Below are positions 10,199 through 19,413 of a stretch of DNA of 64,000 nucleotides, in pieces. Position numbers and translations under genes: made by a program. The notes under the pieces are model-generated. The model saw only the letters and a program-made list of their open reading frames with translations. It had not been told where the DNA came from and did not search any database. The DNA comes from an uncultured delta proteobacterium. GTDB taxonomy: Bacteria; Desulfobacterota; Binatia; HRBIN30; BPIQ01. Location: the NCBI GenBank assembly GCA_963761335.1, contig CAVXGR010000007.1:32001-96000 (forward strand), read 5' to 3'. The stretch's first letter is position 1; every line of letters begins with the position of its first letter.

Positions 10199-12964
10199 GT
10201 GTGGCGAGTGTATCGATGGCGGCGGTCCGAGGCACACTTGCCGCGTCAAACTGCACGAACACGAGGGTCGCTTGACCGAGAGCGCGCCGCGCCGACAGTG
10301 CTGCCAGAAGCACGTGAGGCACGATCGCAATCTGCGCGCAGTCGGCTCTTGACGGTCGCGCTCGTGCTCGCGGCCGCCGCCGGCGTCGCGTGGATTCGGA
10401 TCCTCCCGCTCTCGTTGGAGTCCGTGGCTCCCGCGCTGCGCGGGCAGTTGGAGTACCACGGCGATGACGGCCGTGCCCACGTGTTCCTCGGCGATCTCGA
10501 CAGCTACGTATGGCTGAGGAATGCACGAAATTATCTGCGCACCGGTACGACATGCGATTCCGTTGTCGGTGGGCAGTGTCGCGATCTGTACACCAACGCA
10601 CCGGTCGGGGTTCAGATGCGTTACAACCGATCGTTGCACATCGCGGCAATCATCGCCGTGCATCGATTGTTGACGACTTTCCGGCCCGGCTATCCCCTGG
10701 CGGCCAGCGCCTATTGGGTGCCGGTCGTCATTGGGACGCTGGGTGTGCTGCCGGCATTTGCCGTCGGCTGGCAACTCGCGGGTGTGCTGGGAGGCCTGTG
10801 TAGCGCGCTGGTGTGCGCGCTCGACCCGATGTTCCTCTATCGCAGCGCCGGCAGCGACAATGACGTCTGGAACGTCGTGCTGCCGTTGTACATGGTGTGG
10901 GCGGTGCTGGCCGCCTTGTCCGCCGCCGGGCGCCGCCGGCAGATCGCTTACGCCCTCCTCGCGGGGGGCTGCACCGGACTCTATGCGGCCACCTGGGACG
11001 GGTGGGTGTTCACCTATGGAGTGTTACTCGCCGGACTCCTTTTGTACGTGGTGATGCGAGCGGCGCGCTACGTGCGCCGCACCGGCTCCACCCGTTTCTG
11101 GGAAGACGCGTCCGTCACCCGAGCTGGAGTCGTCCTGCTGACGTTCTATATCGGGGCAGGCGTGGTCACGACGCTGGCGCGGTGGGACAACGCCTATTTC
11201 GCCGTGCCGCTCCAACGGATGACCTCGATCCTGCACGGCGAGCCGATCACCGGTACGCGGCACGATCCCGACGATGTGTGGCCGGATGTCTTCGCGACGG
11301 TTGGTGAGCTCAAGCACCCCACTCTCAGCGGCATCGCCGCCGAGTTGGGCGGCAATGCGTTCTTCTTCAGCGGCTGGCTGGGGATGTTGGTGCTCGTCTT
11401 GCCGCGTCGGCGATGGCAGTGGTGGCACTTCCTCATATTGATCGGTGGAAACTATTTGTACCGGTATCTGCTGACTGCACCGAGCGTCGGGCGCACGCTC
11501 TTGATCGCACTGCTCGCGCTGCCGGTGGCAACGACCATGCTGCTCTACGTGATGGCAGACAGCGATTCCGGTGAATCGGATCAGGGATTGGGACTGATCG
11601 TCGTCGTCTGGTTCCTCGCGTCGCTGCTGGTCTCCTACGGCGGACGGCGTTACGTCATGCTGGCAGTGCCGCCGTTTGCGATCGCGTTTGCCGTCGCGGT
11701 CGGAAGGCTGCAGCAATGGCTCGCATCGCGGATCGTTGCGCTCGCGATCCCGTGGGCGGCAGTTGTGCGTGCGCTCGTCACCCTGGTGCTCGCCGCCGTG
11801 ATCATTCGTCCGGTGCAGCGGGGCTACGCAGCGGCACGCTCCTACGTTCCACAAATGAACCAGGCGTGGTGGACGATCCTCACCCGGTTGCGCGACGAAT
11901 CTCCTCCAGACGCCATCATCCATGCCTGGTGGGACTACGGTTACTGGATCAAGTACGTTGCGGAGAGGCGAGTGAGCGCCGACGGCGGTTCGCTGGCGAC
12001 GCACATTCCGTATTGGCTTGGACGGGCATTGGTTGCTACGGACGAGGGCGAGAGCGTCGGCATCTTCCGCATGCTCGACTGCGGCTCGGATGCGACACCG
12101 GAACCGGAGGGTCAGCAGGGGGCATACGGAAAGCTGCTCAAGTACGGACGCGACGCGATCGCGGCGCAATCCATGGTCGTCGCGCTGGCGTCGCTCGATC
12201 GAGCGGCCGCAGAGACCTACCTGGCCGCGAAGGGTATGGATGCGGCAGGGGCTGATGACATCCTGGCATCGACCCATTGCCAGCCGCCGCCCGCATACCT
12301 CGTGTTGACCAGCGACCAGATAGCGGCGCCGGCCTGGCAATTCTTCGGAAGCTGGGACCTGCGTCGCGCCTATGTCGCCCACCACACGCGTTTCCTTCCC
12401 GAAGACGCAGCGTTTGCCGAGTTGACCGGCGTGCTCGGTTACGAGCCGGAGCGCGCGCGTGACATCTATGATGCGGCGCACAGGTTGCGTTCCGACGCCG
12501 CGGTGCGTCGCTTCATTGCGGGCGACCACGTGGCGCCGGCATGGGCGTCCTGCACGCGTCCGGGCGATGGAAGCCTCGTTTGTCCCATCACAACCGGAAC
12601 AGCCCCGCAGACACTGATTGCCTCGCTGGCCTCTCCGGCCGATACACGCATCCGTTTCGGGGGCTCCGGCGGTTCTAAGCAGTATGTCGATCGTACTCCC
12701 GGCGTGGTTCTGGTCGCCGGTGCGGCCGGAATCGAGGAGGTTCCAGTTTCTTCACCGACTCAGCCGCAGCTGGGCGTGCTCATCGATGCCACACGCGACC
12801 GCGTGCTGGTCGGAACGCCGCAGATCCTGCGCTCGGTCTTCACGCAGTTGATGTTTCTCGACGGGCGCTACCTGCGCGACTTCGAGAAGTACAGTGAACA
12901 GACGGGCTTTCGCGGCGAGCGAGTTGTTGCGTGGAAGATCCGCTGGCCGCAGTCGTCTGAGTGA
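10199..12964 (+). CDS. STT3/PglB/AglB-family oligosaccharyltransferase (start uncertain)
   Basis: Many TM segments; DLDSYVWLR, SDND, TVGE and WWDYGY motifs in canonical order. Confidence 0.9.
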   Translation: MWRVYRWRRSEAHLPRQTARTRGSLDRERAAPTVLPEAREARSQSARSRLLTVALVLAAAAGVAWIRILPLSLESVAPALRGQLEYHGDDGRAHVFLGDLDSYVWLRNARNYLRTGTTCDSVVGGQCRDLYTNAPVGVQMRYNRSLHIAAIIAVHRLLTTFRPGYPLAASAYWVPVVIGTLGVLPAFAVGWQLAGVLGGLCSALVCALDPMFLYRSAGSDNDVWNVVLPLYMVWAVLAALSAAGRRRQIAYALLAGGCTGLYAATWDGWVFTYGVLLAGLLLYVVMRAARYVRRTGSTRFWEDASVTRAGVVLLTFYIGAGVVTTLARWDNAYFAVPLQRMTSILHGEPITGTRHDPDDVWPDVFATVGELKHPTLSGIAAELGGNAFFFSGWLGMLVLVLPRRRWQWWHFLILIGGNYLYRYLLTAPSVGRTLLIALLALPVATTMLLYVMADSDSGESDQGLGLIVVVWFLASLLVSYGGRRYVMLAVPPFAIAFAVAVGRLQQWLASRIVALAIPWAAVVRALVTLVLAAVIIRPVQRGYAAARSYVPQMNQAWWTILTRLRDESPPDAIIHAWWDYGYWIKYVAERRVSADGGSLATHIPYWLGRALVATDEGESVGIFRMLDCGSDATPEPEGQQGAYGKLLKYGRDAIAAQSMVVALASLDRAAAETYLAAKGMDAAGADDILASTHCQPPPAYLVLTSDQIAAPAWQFFGSWDLRRAYVAHHTRFLPEDAAFAELTGVLGYEPERARDIYDAAHRLRSDAAVRRFIAGDHVAPAWASCTRPGDGSLVCPITTGTAPQTLIASLASPADTRIRFGGSGGSKQYVDRTPGVVLVAGAAGIEEVPVSSPTQPQLGVLIDATRDRVLVGTPQILRSVFTQLMFLDGRYLRDFEKYSEQTGFRGERVVAWKIRWPQSSE

Positions 12965-12987
12965 TGGCCGGTGCGGCCAGTTCTACG

Positions 12988-14124
12988 CTACGTGCTCGAT
13001 GAGTCTGAGGCCCCGCGCCGCCGCAGCGAGACGGCGGCGATGAACAGCAACCCGATGACCACCGCGACCAACCCGGTGAGCGTGACAACCGGTGCGGCAC
13101 TTCCGATCATGGTTGCCGGTCCGCCCGGATCTTGAATCCTGCCGGAGATGTCCGTGGCGTCGCCGAGCTGGCCGTCCACCAGCGTATAAGTCACCATGTT
13201 GCCGGAAAACTGCGTGTCCTGCGGGGGAGTCGATGGCAAGGTGTAGAACGTCGCGGTCGAGTTGGTCCCCATCGGACCATATTTGCGGTAGACGAAGGTC
13301 TCGAGGTCGCCGGCGTCGTGATAGATCAGCTTCTCGCTTGAGCTGAGGCAGGGCGCCCCAAAGCAGTTGGGGCCGTTGCACACGGTATATTCGAGCAAGC
13401 CGAACGGATAGTCATAGTGCGGGTCGTTGCCGAGGCCGGCTTCCGACAACGCCGTAACGCCAAAGTTCTGCGAGCAAGAGCTCACGAGTGTGACGCAGCC
13501 GCGTCCGGTTGCCGTCGGCAAAGACGTTACGTTCGGCTCGTCTTTGTCCGCAGTGCCGTCGCCGTCGCCGTCGCCCGGCGGCAGTGAGCTGTTCAACGAC
13601 GGGCAGGCATCTTCGACGGCATCGGGTACCCCGTCGCCGTCACCATCCGATGGAAGGCCGCAGTTGGAAGCAAAGCTCGGGACGTAACCGCTCGCGCAGT
13701 TGATGACGAGATCTGCTGTCGTCCCGGAAGCGCATTCCTGGCCCAGGCAGAATGCGCACTCGGGGTTCGGGGCGAGGAGGGTGGATAAGTCTGGGCAGAC
13801 CGACAAAATGCAGCTCTCGAACTCGGGTCCCTGAGGGAGATTCGCGCAGGGATAGCCAGGGTCGGGGAATGACGCGAACGCACAGTTTATAACGCGTGCG
13901 GCATAGTCCTGGCTCTGGTCATCTTCGGTGCCATTGTTACATGCGAGCTTGCATTCGGGCTGGCAAACTCCCCCGGGGCTGCCGAACGTCGCACCGGCAT
14001 CGGCCGTGCGATCGGCGCGCACCAGCGAGAAGAGCGTTGTCGCGAGGGCGATCGCGGTCAGCAGCACCCATACGCCGCGGTTCTGAGGATCTGTCTTCCT
14101 GAAGCCGAAACGCACCGGCGCCAA
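12988..14124 (-). CDS. Secreted Cys-rich protein with DGDGDG repeats, choice-of-anchor U-like domain and IPTL-CTERM-like C-terminal sorting signal
   Basis: Signal-like N-terminus; YPFGLL...TLVDGQLGD...IQDPGGP; APVVTLTG + TM + RRR. Confidence 0.7.
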   Translation of the reverse strand: MAPVRFGFRKTDPQNRGVWVLLTAIALATTLFSLVRADRTADAGATFGSPGGVCQPECKLACNNGTEDDQSQDYAARVINCAFASFPDPGYPCANLPQGPEFESCILSVCPDLSTLLAPNPECAFCLGQECASGTTADLVINCASGYVPSFASNCGLPSDGDGDGVPDAVEDACPSLNSSLPPGDGDGDGTADKDEPNVTSLPTATGRGCVTLVSSCSQNFGVTALSEAGLGNDPHYDYPFGLLEYTVCNGPNCFGAPCLSSSEKLIYHDAGDLETFVYRKYGPMGTNSTATFYTLPSTPPQDTQFSGNMVTYTLVDGQLGDATDISGRIQDPGGPATMIGSAAPVVTLTGLVAVVIGLLFIAAVSLRRRGASDSSST

Positions 14125-14208
14125 ATACCATAAGCCGCCCCCGGAAGTCTATTGCTTCGGGGCTCGCGAGAATTGACCCAGCCCTGCTCGTCAGAAATGA
14201 CCGGTCAG

Positions 14209-14466
14209 TGGTGTCCTGTTCCCCAGCGGCGGATGTTGACAAGCGCGATTGGCTCGTCATTCCGGTCGCTGCGGGCGTGGACTCCCTCTCCCGCATTGCC
14301 GGCGGGAGAGGGCTGGGGTGAGGGCGCCGATCTTTGAATGCCGCGCAGATCCGCCAGCTTTCAGTGAAGAAGGATCCCTCTCCTTGTTCCTCTCCCGCCG
14401 GCGATGCGGGAGAGGAGACCTGGCGCGCGCGCACGGAAACAAGCGCGGAAGTCGAATTAGACAGTA
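14209..14466. mobile_element. MITE-like element (copy 1, degenerate ends) carrying two family-D palindromes
   Basis: Colinear with 24494-24740; ends TGGTGTCC...AGACAGTA; no clear target duplication. Confidence 0.7.
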
Positions 14467-14655
14467 CCAAATGTGACCCAGCGCCGTTGACGTGAAGTCA
14501 GGGGCGCGTCCAAGCCAAGACCGCGAAATCGCTGAATCGCTTGCCGCCTCGATTGCGACCCCAAAATCGCGCGCCCAAGGCTGAAAAAGCGCCCGATTTC
14601 GATGCAAAGCGCAATGATGTCGAGATGCTTACCGAGGTCCGACCCCGATCCTTAC

Positions 14656-15753
14656 CTACGCGGCGGGCTGATATCCGCACCACGGATCGCTGGCGAGCCA
14701 GTTCCCGGTCAAGGCGTAGGCGCGCGAGCGCGAGCCGCCGCAGATCGAGCGATACTCGCAGCGGCGGCAGCGGCCGCGCAGGGCATCGGGGTCGCGCAGC
14801 ACGCGGAACAGCGGCGAGTCGCGGTAGATCTCGGCGATTGGCTGGAAGCGCACGTTGCCGGCCGACACCGGCAGAAAGCCGCTCGGGAAGACCTCGCCGG
14901 TATGGGAGACGAAGGCGAAGCCCTTGCCGGCGTTCACCCCGCGGGGAGCCAGGCCGACGGTGCGGCCCGGGCCCTCCGAGCGCCGCAGAAGCTCGGGCAT
15001 GGCGCGCAAACCACCGCCCTCGCTCTGCTCCGCCTCGCGTTCGGCAACCAGGCGGCGGTAGTGCGGCGCCTCGGTCACCTTGACGATGAAGCTCGAGCGC
15101 TTCTGCACCCGATAGATGATCTCGAAGAGCTCCTCACAGCGCTCGGCAGAAAGCCCGCCCAGATCCGTGCCGCGACCGACGGGGACCAGGAAGAAGACCT
15201 CCCAGAAGACGATCCCCAGGCGCTCGACGAGGGCCGCCATCTCCTCGAAGTACGGGGCCGAGCGGCCGCAGACCGTGGTGTTGATCTGCAGCGGCAGACC
15301 GCACTCGTGCGCCCACTCGACCGCCGCCATGGTGCGCCCGAAGGCGCCGGGAACGCCGCGAAAGGCGTCGTGCAGCTCGGCCCGGGGAAAGTCCAGGCTG
15401 AGCGCCATCTGATCGAGCCCCACATCCTTGAGGCTCTTCACCACTCCGGAGGTGAGCATCGGCGTCGCCGCGGGGATGGTACCGATGCGCAGCCCCACCT
15501 CCTTCCCCCGCGAGATCAGGCGGAGGAGGTCGGGGCGCTTGAGGGGATCGCCGCCACTCAGGATGAAGACCGGCGTCCCCATGGCCGCCACGTCCTCGAG
15601 CAGCTTCTCCCCCTCCGCTGTCGACAGCTCGGCGGGATGCCTGTAGGGCTGCGCCGAGGCACGGCAGTGATGACAGGCGAGGTCACACGACTGCGTCGTC
15701 TCCCAGATCACCAGGAACGGCGCGCGGGCAAAATCCACGACGGGATGCGGCAT
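14656..15753 (-). CDS. Radical SAM/SPASM protein (TIGR04053/NirJ-AhbD-like)
   Basis: WETTQSCDLACHHCRA, SGGDP, TEAPHYRR, GRCRRCEYRSICGGSRSRAYA, DPWC. Confidence 0.9.
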   Translation of the reverse strand: MPHPVVDFARAPFLVIWETTQSCDLACHHCRASAQPYRHPAELSTAEGEKLLEDVAAMGTPVFILSGGDPLKRPDLLRLISRGKEVGLRIGTIPAATPMLTSGVVKSLKDVGLDQMALSLDFPRAELHDAFRGVPGAFGRTMAAVEWAHECGLPLQINTTVCGRSAPYFEEMAALVERLGIVFWEVFFLVPVGRGTDLGGLSAERCEELFEIIYRVQKRSSFIVKVTEAPHYRRLVAEREAEQSEGGGLRAMPELLRRSEGPGRTVGLAPRGVNAGKGFAFVSHTGEVFPSGFLPVSAGNVRFQPIAEIYRDSPLFRVLRDPDALRGRCRRCEYRSICGGSRSRAYALTGNWLASDPWCGYQPAA

Positions 15754-15927
15754 GGTCGGTCGCTATTGCACGATGCATACCGCACGCGATCCCGCTACTG
15801 CCCCACCGAGGCAGACCGAGTCTTTCTCAAAATCGGGAATAGGCTCCGAGACCCGCTTGGAGACTCCTCTTCTACCCCAACACCCAACCCCTCAACCTCC
15901 AACACCTCGCCCGGCACCTCGCTCTGA

Positions 15928-16332
15928 TCAGATCACCGAGGGCAGAGAAACATGCTGCTGCACCAGCAGCCAGCGGTCCCCGCGGCGTTCGAGAACCGCT
16001 GTCAGCCGCCCGTGCAGGGAAACCGGCTCGCCGCTGAGCGAGGTGTGAATGCGGCAACGAGCCGCCGCCCACGCCACCTCTGCGCGGGCCCGCACGCTCA
16101 CCGGCCCGAGCTCCATGCGCACCCGGCCGGAGCCGTCGAAGTCGTGCTGATAGGCATCGCGAATCGCCTGCACGCCAACACACCACTCCTCGGTGGTCGA
16201 GCCGACCAGCAAGATATCGGCATCACCGGCGTACAGCGACATGATCTGTTCGAGGTCGTGCCGCCGGTAGGCGGTCACGAGCGCCGTCAGGACCTCGCAG
16301 ACGGCGGTGTCGACCTGCATCTCTGCTCTCAT
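15928..16332 (-). CDS. SnoaL/NTF2-like protein
   Basis: 134 aa; ends GRLTAVLERRGDRWLLVQQHVSLP. Confidence 0.85.
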   Translation of the reverse strand: MRAEMQVDTAVCEVLTALVTAYRRHDLEQIMSLYAGDADILLVGSTTEEWCVGVQAIRDAYQHDFDGSGRVRMELGPVSVRARAEVAWAAARCRIHTSLSGEPVSLHGRLTAVLERRGDRWLLVQQHVSLPSVI

Positions 16333-16603
16333 TTCGTCCTCTCCGCCCACCCCCGGGCCCGCTTCAGCCGGGCCGGTCTGTGGGCAACTGCTCGCCCACT
16401 CGATGCCATGAGCAATCGACGCGCCAATTGCGGCGGGCGGCCGGCCGCATGCGGCAGCGCCGCTCCTGCCAGGTGACCTTTGTGACACAATCGGCGAAAG
16501 CGTTGGCGATAGTGAGCCGGGTCTGCTCGGGTTCACGAGCGTGGCGACGGCGCGCTTGCGCGGCGGTGCCGAGTGGCACACGCTGCCACCTCGGGAGGCG
16601 CAG

Positions 16604-17431
16604 ATGGGCAACTTCGAGAGGGACACCGCGCTCGAGGGCGGCAACGGGCGCTATCGCGCCGTTCTCTCGCGCGACTGGGAGATCTGGGGTCCGAACGGCG
16701 GCTACCTGGCGGCGATCGCTCTGCGGGCCGCCGGCTGCGAAACGGCGGCGGGGCGACCGGCGAGCTTTGCGGCGCACTATCTGTCGGTGGCGCGCTTCGA
16801 GCCCGTCGACCTCGATGTCGAGGTGCTGCGACGCGGTCGTCGCGCCGCGTCTATGCGGGTGTCGATGTCCCAGGAGGGCCGCCGCATCCTCGAGGCGATC
16901 GTGTGGACGGCGAACGTGGCCGAGGGGCTCGAGCACGAGACGGCGCAGCCGCCCGAAGTGCCCCGTCCCGGCGCCCTGAAGAACGTCGAAGAGCTGCGCG
17001 GCGAGGACGCCGAGCCGCGCTTCCGCTTCTGGGACAACCTGGAGACGCGGCCCACGGTGTGGCACGCGCAGGATCCGCCGCCCCCCGGCCCCCCGATCCA
17101 GCGCGCCTGGTACCGCTTCCGGCCGCAGGCCACCTTCGCCGACCCGTTCGTCGACGCCGGACGCGCCCTGCTGCTGATCGACACCCTCATCTGGCCCGCC
17201 GCCTGGCATCACCACGTCCCGCAGGACTACTACGCTCCCAACCTCGACGTGGTCGCCTGGTTCCACCAGCCGTTCAGCGGCGACGAGTGGCTGATGGGCG
17301 ATGCCGAAGCGCCCATCGGCAAAGCCGGCCTCATCGGCGGCACGACGCGCATCTGGACCGCCGACGGCCGCCTCGTGGCCTCCGGCGGCGCGCAGCTGAT
17401 GTGCGTCTCCAGCAAGGCATTTCAGGCGTAG
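16604..17431 (+). CDS. Acyl-CoA thioesterase family (double hot-dog)
   Basis: WGPNGGYLAA; C-terminal RIWTADGRLVASG; GGAGG RBS. Confidence 0.88.
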   Translation: MGNFERDTALEGGNGRYRAVLSRDWEIWGPNGGYLAAIALRAAGCETAAGRPASFAAHYLSVARFEPVDLDVEVLRRGRRAASMRVSMSQEGRRILEAIVWTANVAEGLEHETAQPPEVPRPGALKNVEELRGEDAEPRFRFWDNLETRPTVWHAQDPPPPGPPIQRAWYRFRPQATFADPFVDAGRALLLIDTLIWPAAWHHHVPQDYYAPNLDVVAWFHQPFSGDEWLMGDAEAPIGKAGLIGGTTRIWTADGRLVASGGAQLMCVSSKAFQA

Positions 17432-17518
17432 CCGCCGGTCGTCCTCCCGGCGCTGAACAGCCGGTCTCGACTTCACCGGCAGCAACGGTCACAATCGGAA
17501 CCTACGGCTGGAGCGGAA

Positions 17519-18298
17519 ATGGACGGGCCAACGATTTACCGATTCGCCGATGCCGAGCAGGCGTGCCGCGGCGCGGCCGAGGAGTTCGAGCGCACCGGGC
17601 GCGAGGCTATGGGACGCTCGGGACACTTCACCGTGGCGCTCTCCGGAGGCTCGAGCCCGCGGCGCATGTACGAGATGCTCGCCGAGCCGCCGCTGCGCGA
17701 GCGCCTGGACTGGAGCGCCATCGACATTTTCTGGAGCGACGAGCGGCCGGTGCCGCCGTCCCATCCGGAGTCGAACTACCGCATGGCGCGCGAGGCGCTC
17801 CTCGGCAGAGTCCCGCTCGGCGATGGCCATGTGCACCGCATCGAGGCCGAGGCGGCGGACCGCGACGCTGCGGCGCGCAACTACGCCGCCGAGATCGCCC
17901 GCGTCTTCCACACCTCGCCGACCGCCGAGCCGCCGCGCTTCGATCTGGTGCTTCTCGGCATGGGCGCCGACGGACACACCGCCTCGCTCTTTCCGCACAC
18001 CGCCAGCCTGGACGAACAGAAACACTGGGTGGTGGTCAATCGGGTGCCCCAGCTCGACACCGAGCGCTTCACCATGACCGTGCCGATCATCAACAGCGGC
18101 CACTGCGTGCTCTTCCTGGTCACCGGAGCCGAGAAGGCCGGAGCGCTGGCCGCCGTACTCGAGGGCCCCGCGGATCCGCAGCGGCTGCCGGCGCAGCTCA
18201 TCCGCCCCGCCGGCCGCTTGGTCTTCTACATCGACCAAGCCGCCGGCGCGCGGCTGAGCCGCGTGCCAATCGAGGACGCCGCGGCGGCGGGCGCGTGA
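17519..18298 (+). CDS. pgl: 6-phosphogluconolactonase
   Basis: ALSGGSSP, FWSDERPV, SNY, LLGMGADGHTASLFP. Confidence 0.95.
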   Translation: MDGPTIYRFADAEQACRGAAEEFERTGREAMGRSGHFTVALSGGSSPRRMYEMLAEPPLRERLDWSAIDIFWSDERPVPPSHPESNYRMAREALLGRVPLGDGHVHRIEAEAADRDAAARNYAAEIARVFHTSPTAEPPRFDLVLLGMGADGHTASLFPHTASLDEQKHWVVVNRVPQLDTERFTMTVPIINSGHCVLFLVTGAEKAGALAAVLEGPADPQRLPAQLIRPAGRLVFYIDQAAGARLSRVPIEDAAAAGA

Positions 18299-19290
18299 TC
18301 CTCGCCGGAGACATCGGCGGCACCAAGGTGGTGCTGGCGCTCTACGAGGAGAGCGGCGGCGCCGTGACCATGCGCCGAGAGCAGACCTTCGCGAGCCGCG
18401 AGCACGCCACCTTCGACGAGGTGCTGGCGGCGTTTCTCGGCGATCCGCGTGCACCGCTGCGCGGCGCCTGCATCGCCGTCGCCGGCCCGGTGATCGACGG
18501 GCGCTGCGAAACCACCAACCTGCCATGGGTGCTCGACGAGAAAGAGCTGGCGGAACGCCTACACGTGCCACGCGTCAAGCTGCTCAACGACATCGAAGGG
18601 GCGGCCATCGGCATGCTGACCCTGCCGCCGAATGAGCTCTGCGCGCTGAACCGCGGCGCCGGCCGCCGCGATCGCAACGCCGGCGTGATCTCCACCGGGA
18701 CGGGGCTCGGCGAAGCGATCCTCTATTGGGACGGCACGGCACACCATCCGATCGCCTCCGAGGGCGGTCACGGCGATTTCGCGCCGCACTCCGACCAGGA
18801 GATCGAGCTGCTGCGCTACCTGCGCGCCCGAGAGGGCGGCCACGTCAGCTACGAGCGGGTGGTCTCCGGCCCGGGCATCGCCAACGTCTACGGCTTTCTC
18901 CGCGACAGCGGCTACGCTGCGGAGCCCGAGTGGCTGCGCCAGGAGATTGCCGCCGGCGACCCCGCGGCGGTCATCTCCCAGCATGCCCTGAGCGGCGAGC
19001 CGCCGCTGTGCCGCGCGGCGCTGGACCTCTTCTGCGCGGCGCTCGGCGCCGAAGCCGGCAACCTGGCGTTGCGCGCCGTCGCCACCGCCGGCGTCTTCGT
19101 CGGCGGTGGAATCCCGCCGAAGATCCTGCCGCTCCTGCAGTCGGGGAGCTTCATGCGGGCCTTCGTCGCCAAGGGGCGCTTCGAGTCGCTGTTGCGAGAC
19201 GTGTCGGTCGACGTGGTTCTCAACCCGCGCACGCCGCTGCTCGGGGCGGCCCATTTCGCCCTGCGTCTCACCGGTGCCGGGCACGCGTGA
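18295..19290 (+). CDS. glk: Glucokinase
   Basis: LAGDIGGTK, TNLPW, GTGLGEA, SEGGH, SYERVVSGPG; GTG overlaps the pgl stop. Confidence 0.95.
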   Translation: MILAGDIGGTKVVLALYEESGGAVTMRREQTFASREHATFDEVLAAFLGDPRAPLRGACIAVAGPVIDGRCETTNLPWVLDEKELAERLHVPRVKLLNDIEGAAIGMLTLPPNELCALNRGAGRRDRNAGVISTGTGLGEAILYWDGTAHHPIASEGGHGDFAPHSDQEIELLRYLRAREGGHVSYERVVSGPGIANVYGFLRDSGYAAEPEWLRQEIAAGDPAAVISQHALSGEPPLCRAALDLFCAALGAEAGNLALRAVATAGVFVGGGIPPKILPLLQSGSFMRAFVAKGRFESLLRDVSVDVVLNPRTPLLGAAHFALRLTGAGHA

Positions 19291-19326
19291 TCGACGATCC
19301 AGAAAGTATTTTCGTCGTTCCCAGCT

Positions 19327-19381
19327 CTCATTCCCGGTTCTCATCCCGTCGTTTTCCATTCGCTCTGACAGGCGCGAGTAA
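19327..19381 (+). repeat. Repeat family A copy
   Basis: Near-identical to 3158-3211. Confidence 0.85.
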
Positions 19382-19413
19382 GCCCAGCGATGAGAGCGAT
19401 CAAGGAGATCCCC

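Noticed and set aside
14656..15753. RiPP cluster around the radical SAM/SPASM gene
   Set aside because: No precursor peptide or RRE seen; motifs fit the NirJ/AhbD-like group.
16573..18294. 905-aa glucokinase fusion (and similar long extensions of ltaE, alpha-E, transglutaminase, M14 and MFP ORFs)
   Set aside because: Arg/Gly/Pro-rich alternate-frame read-through over real genes, typical of high-GC DNA.
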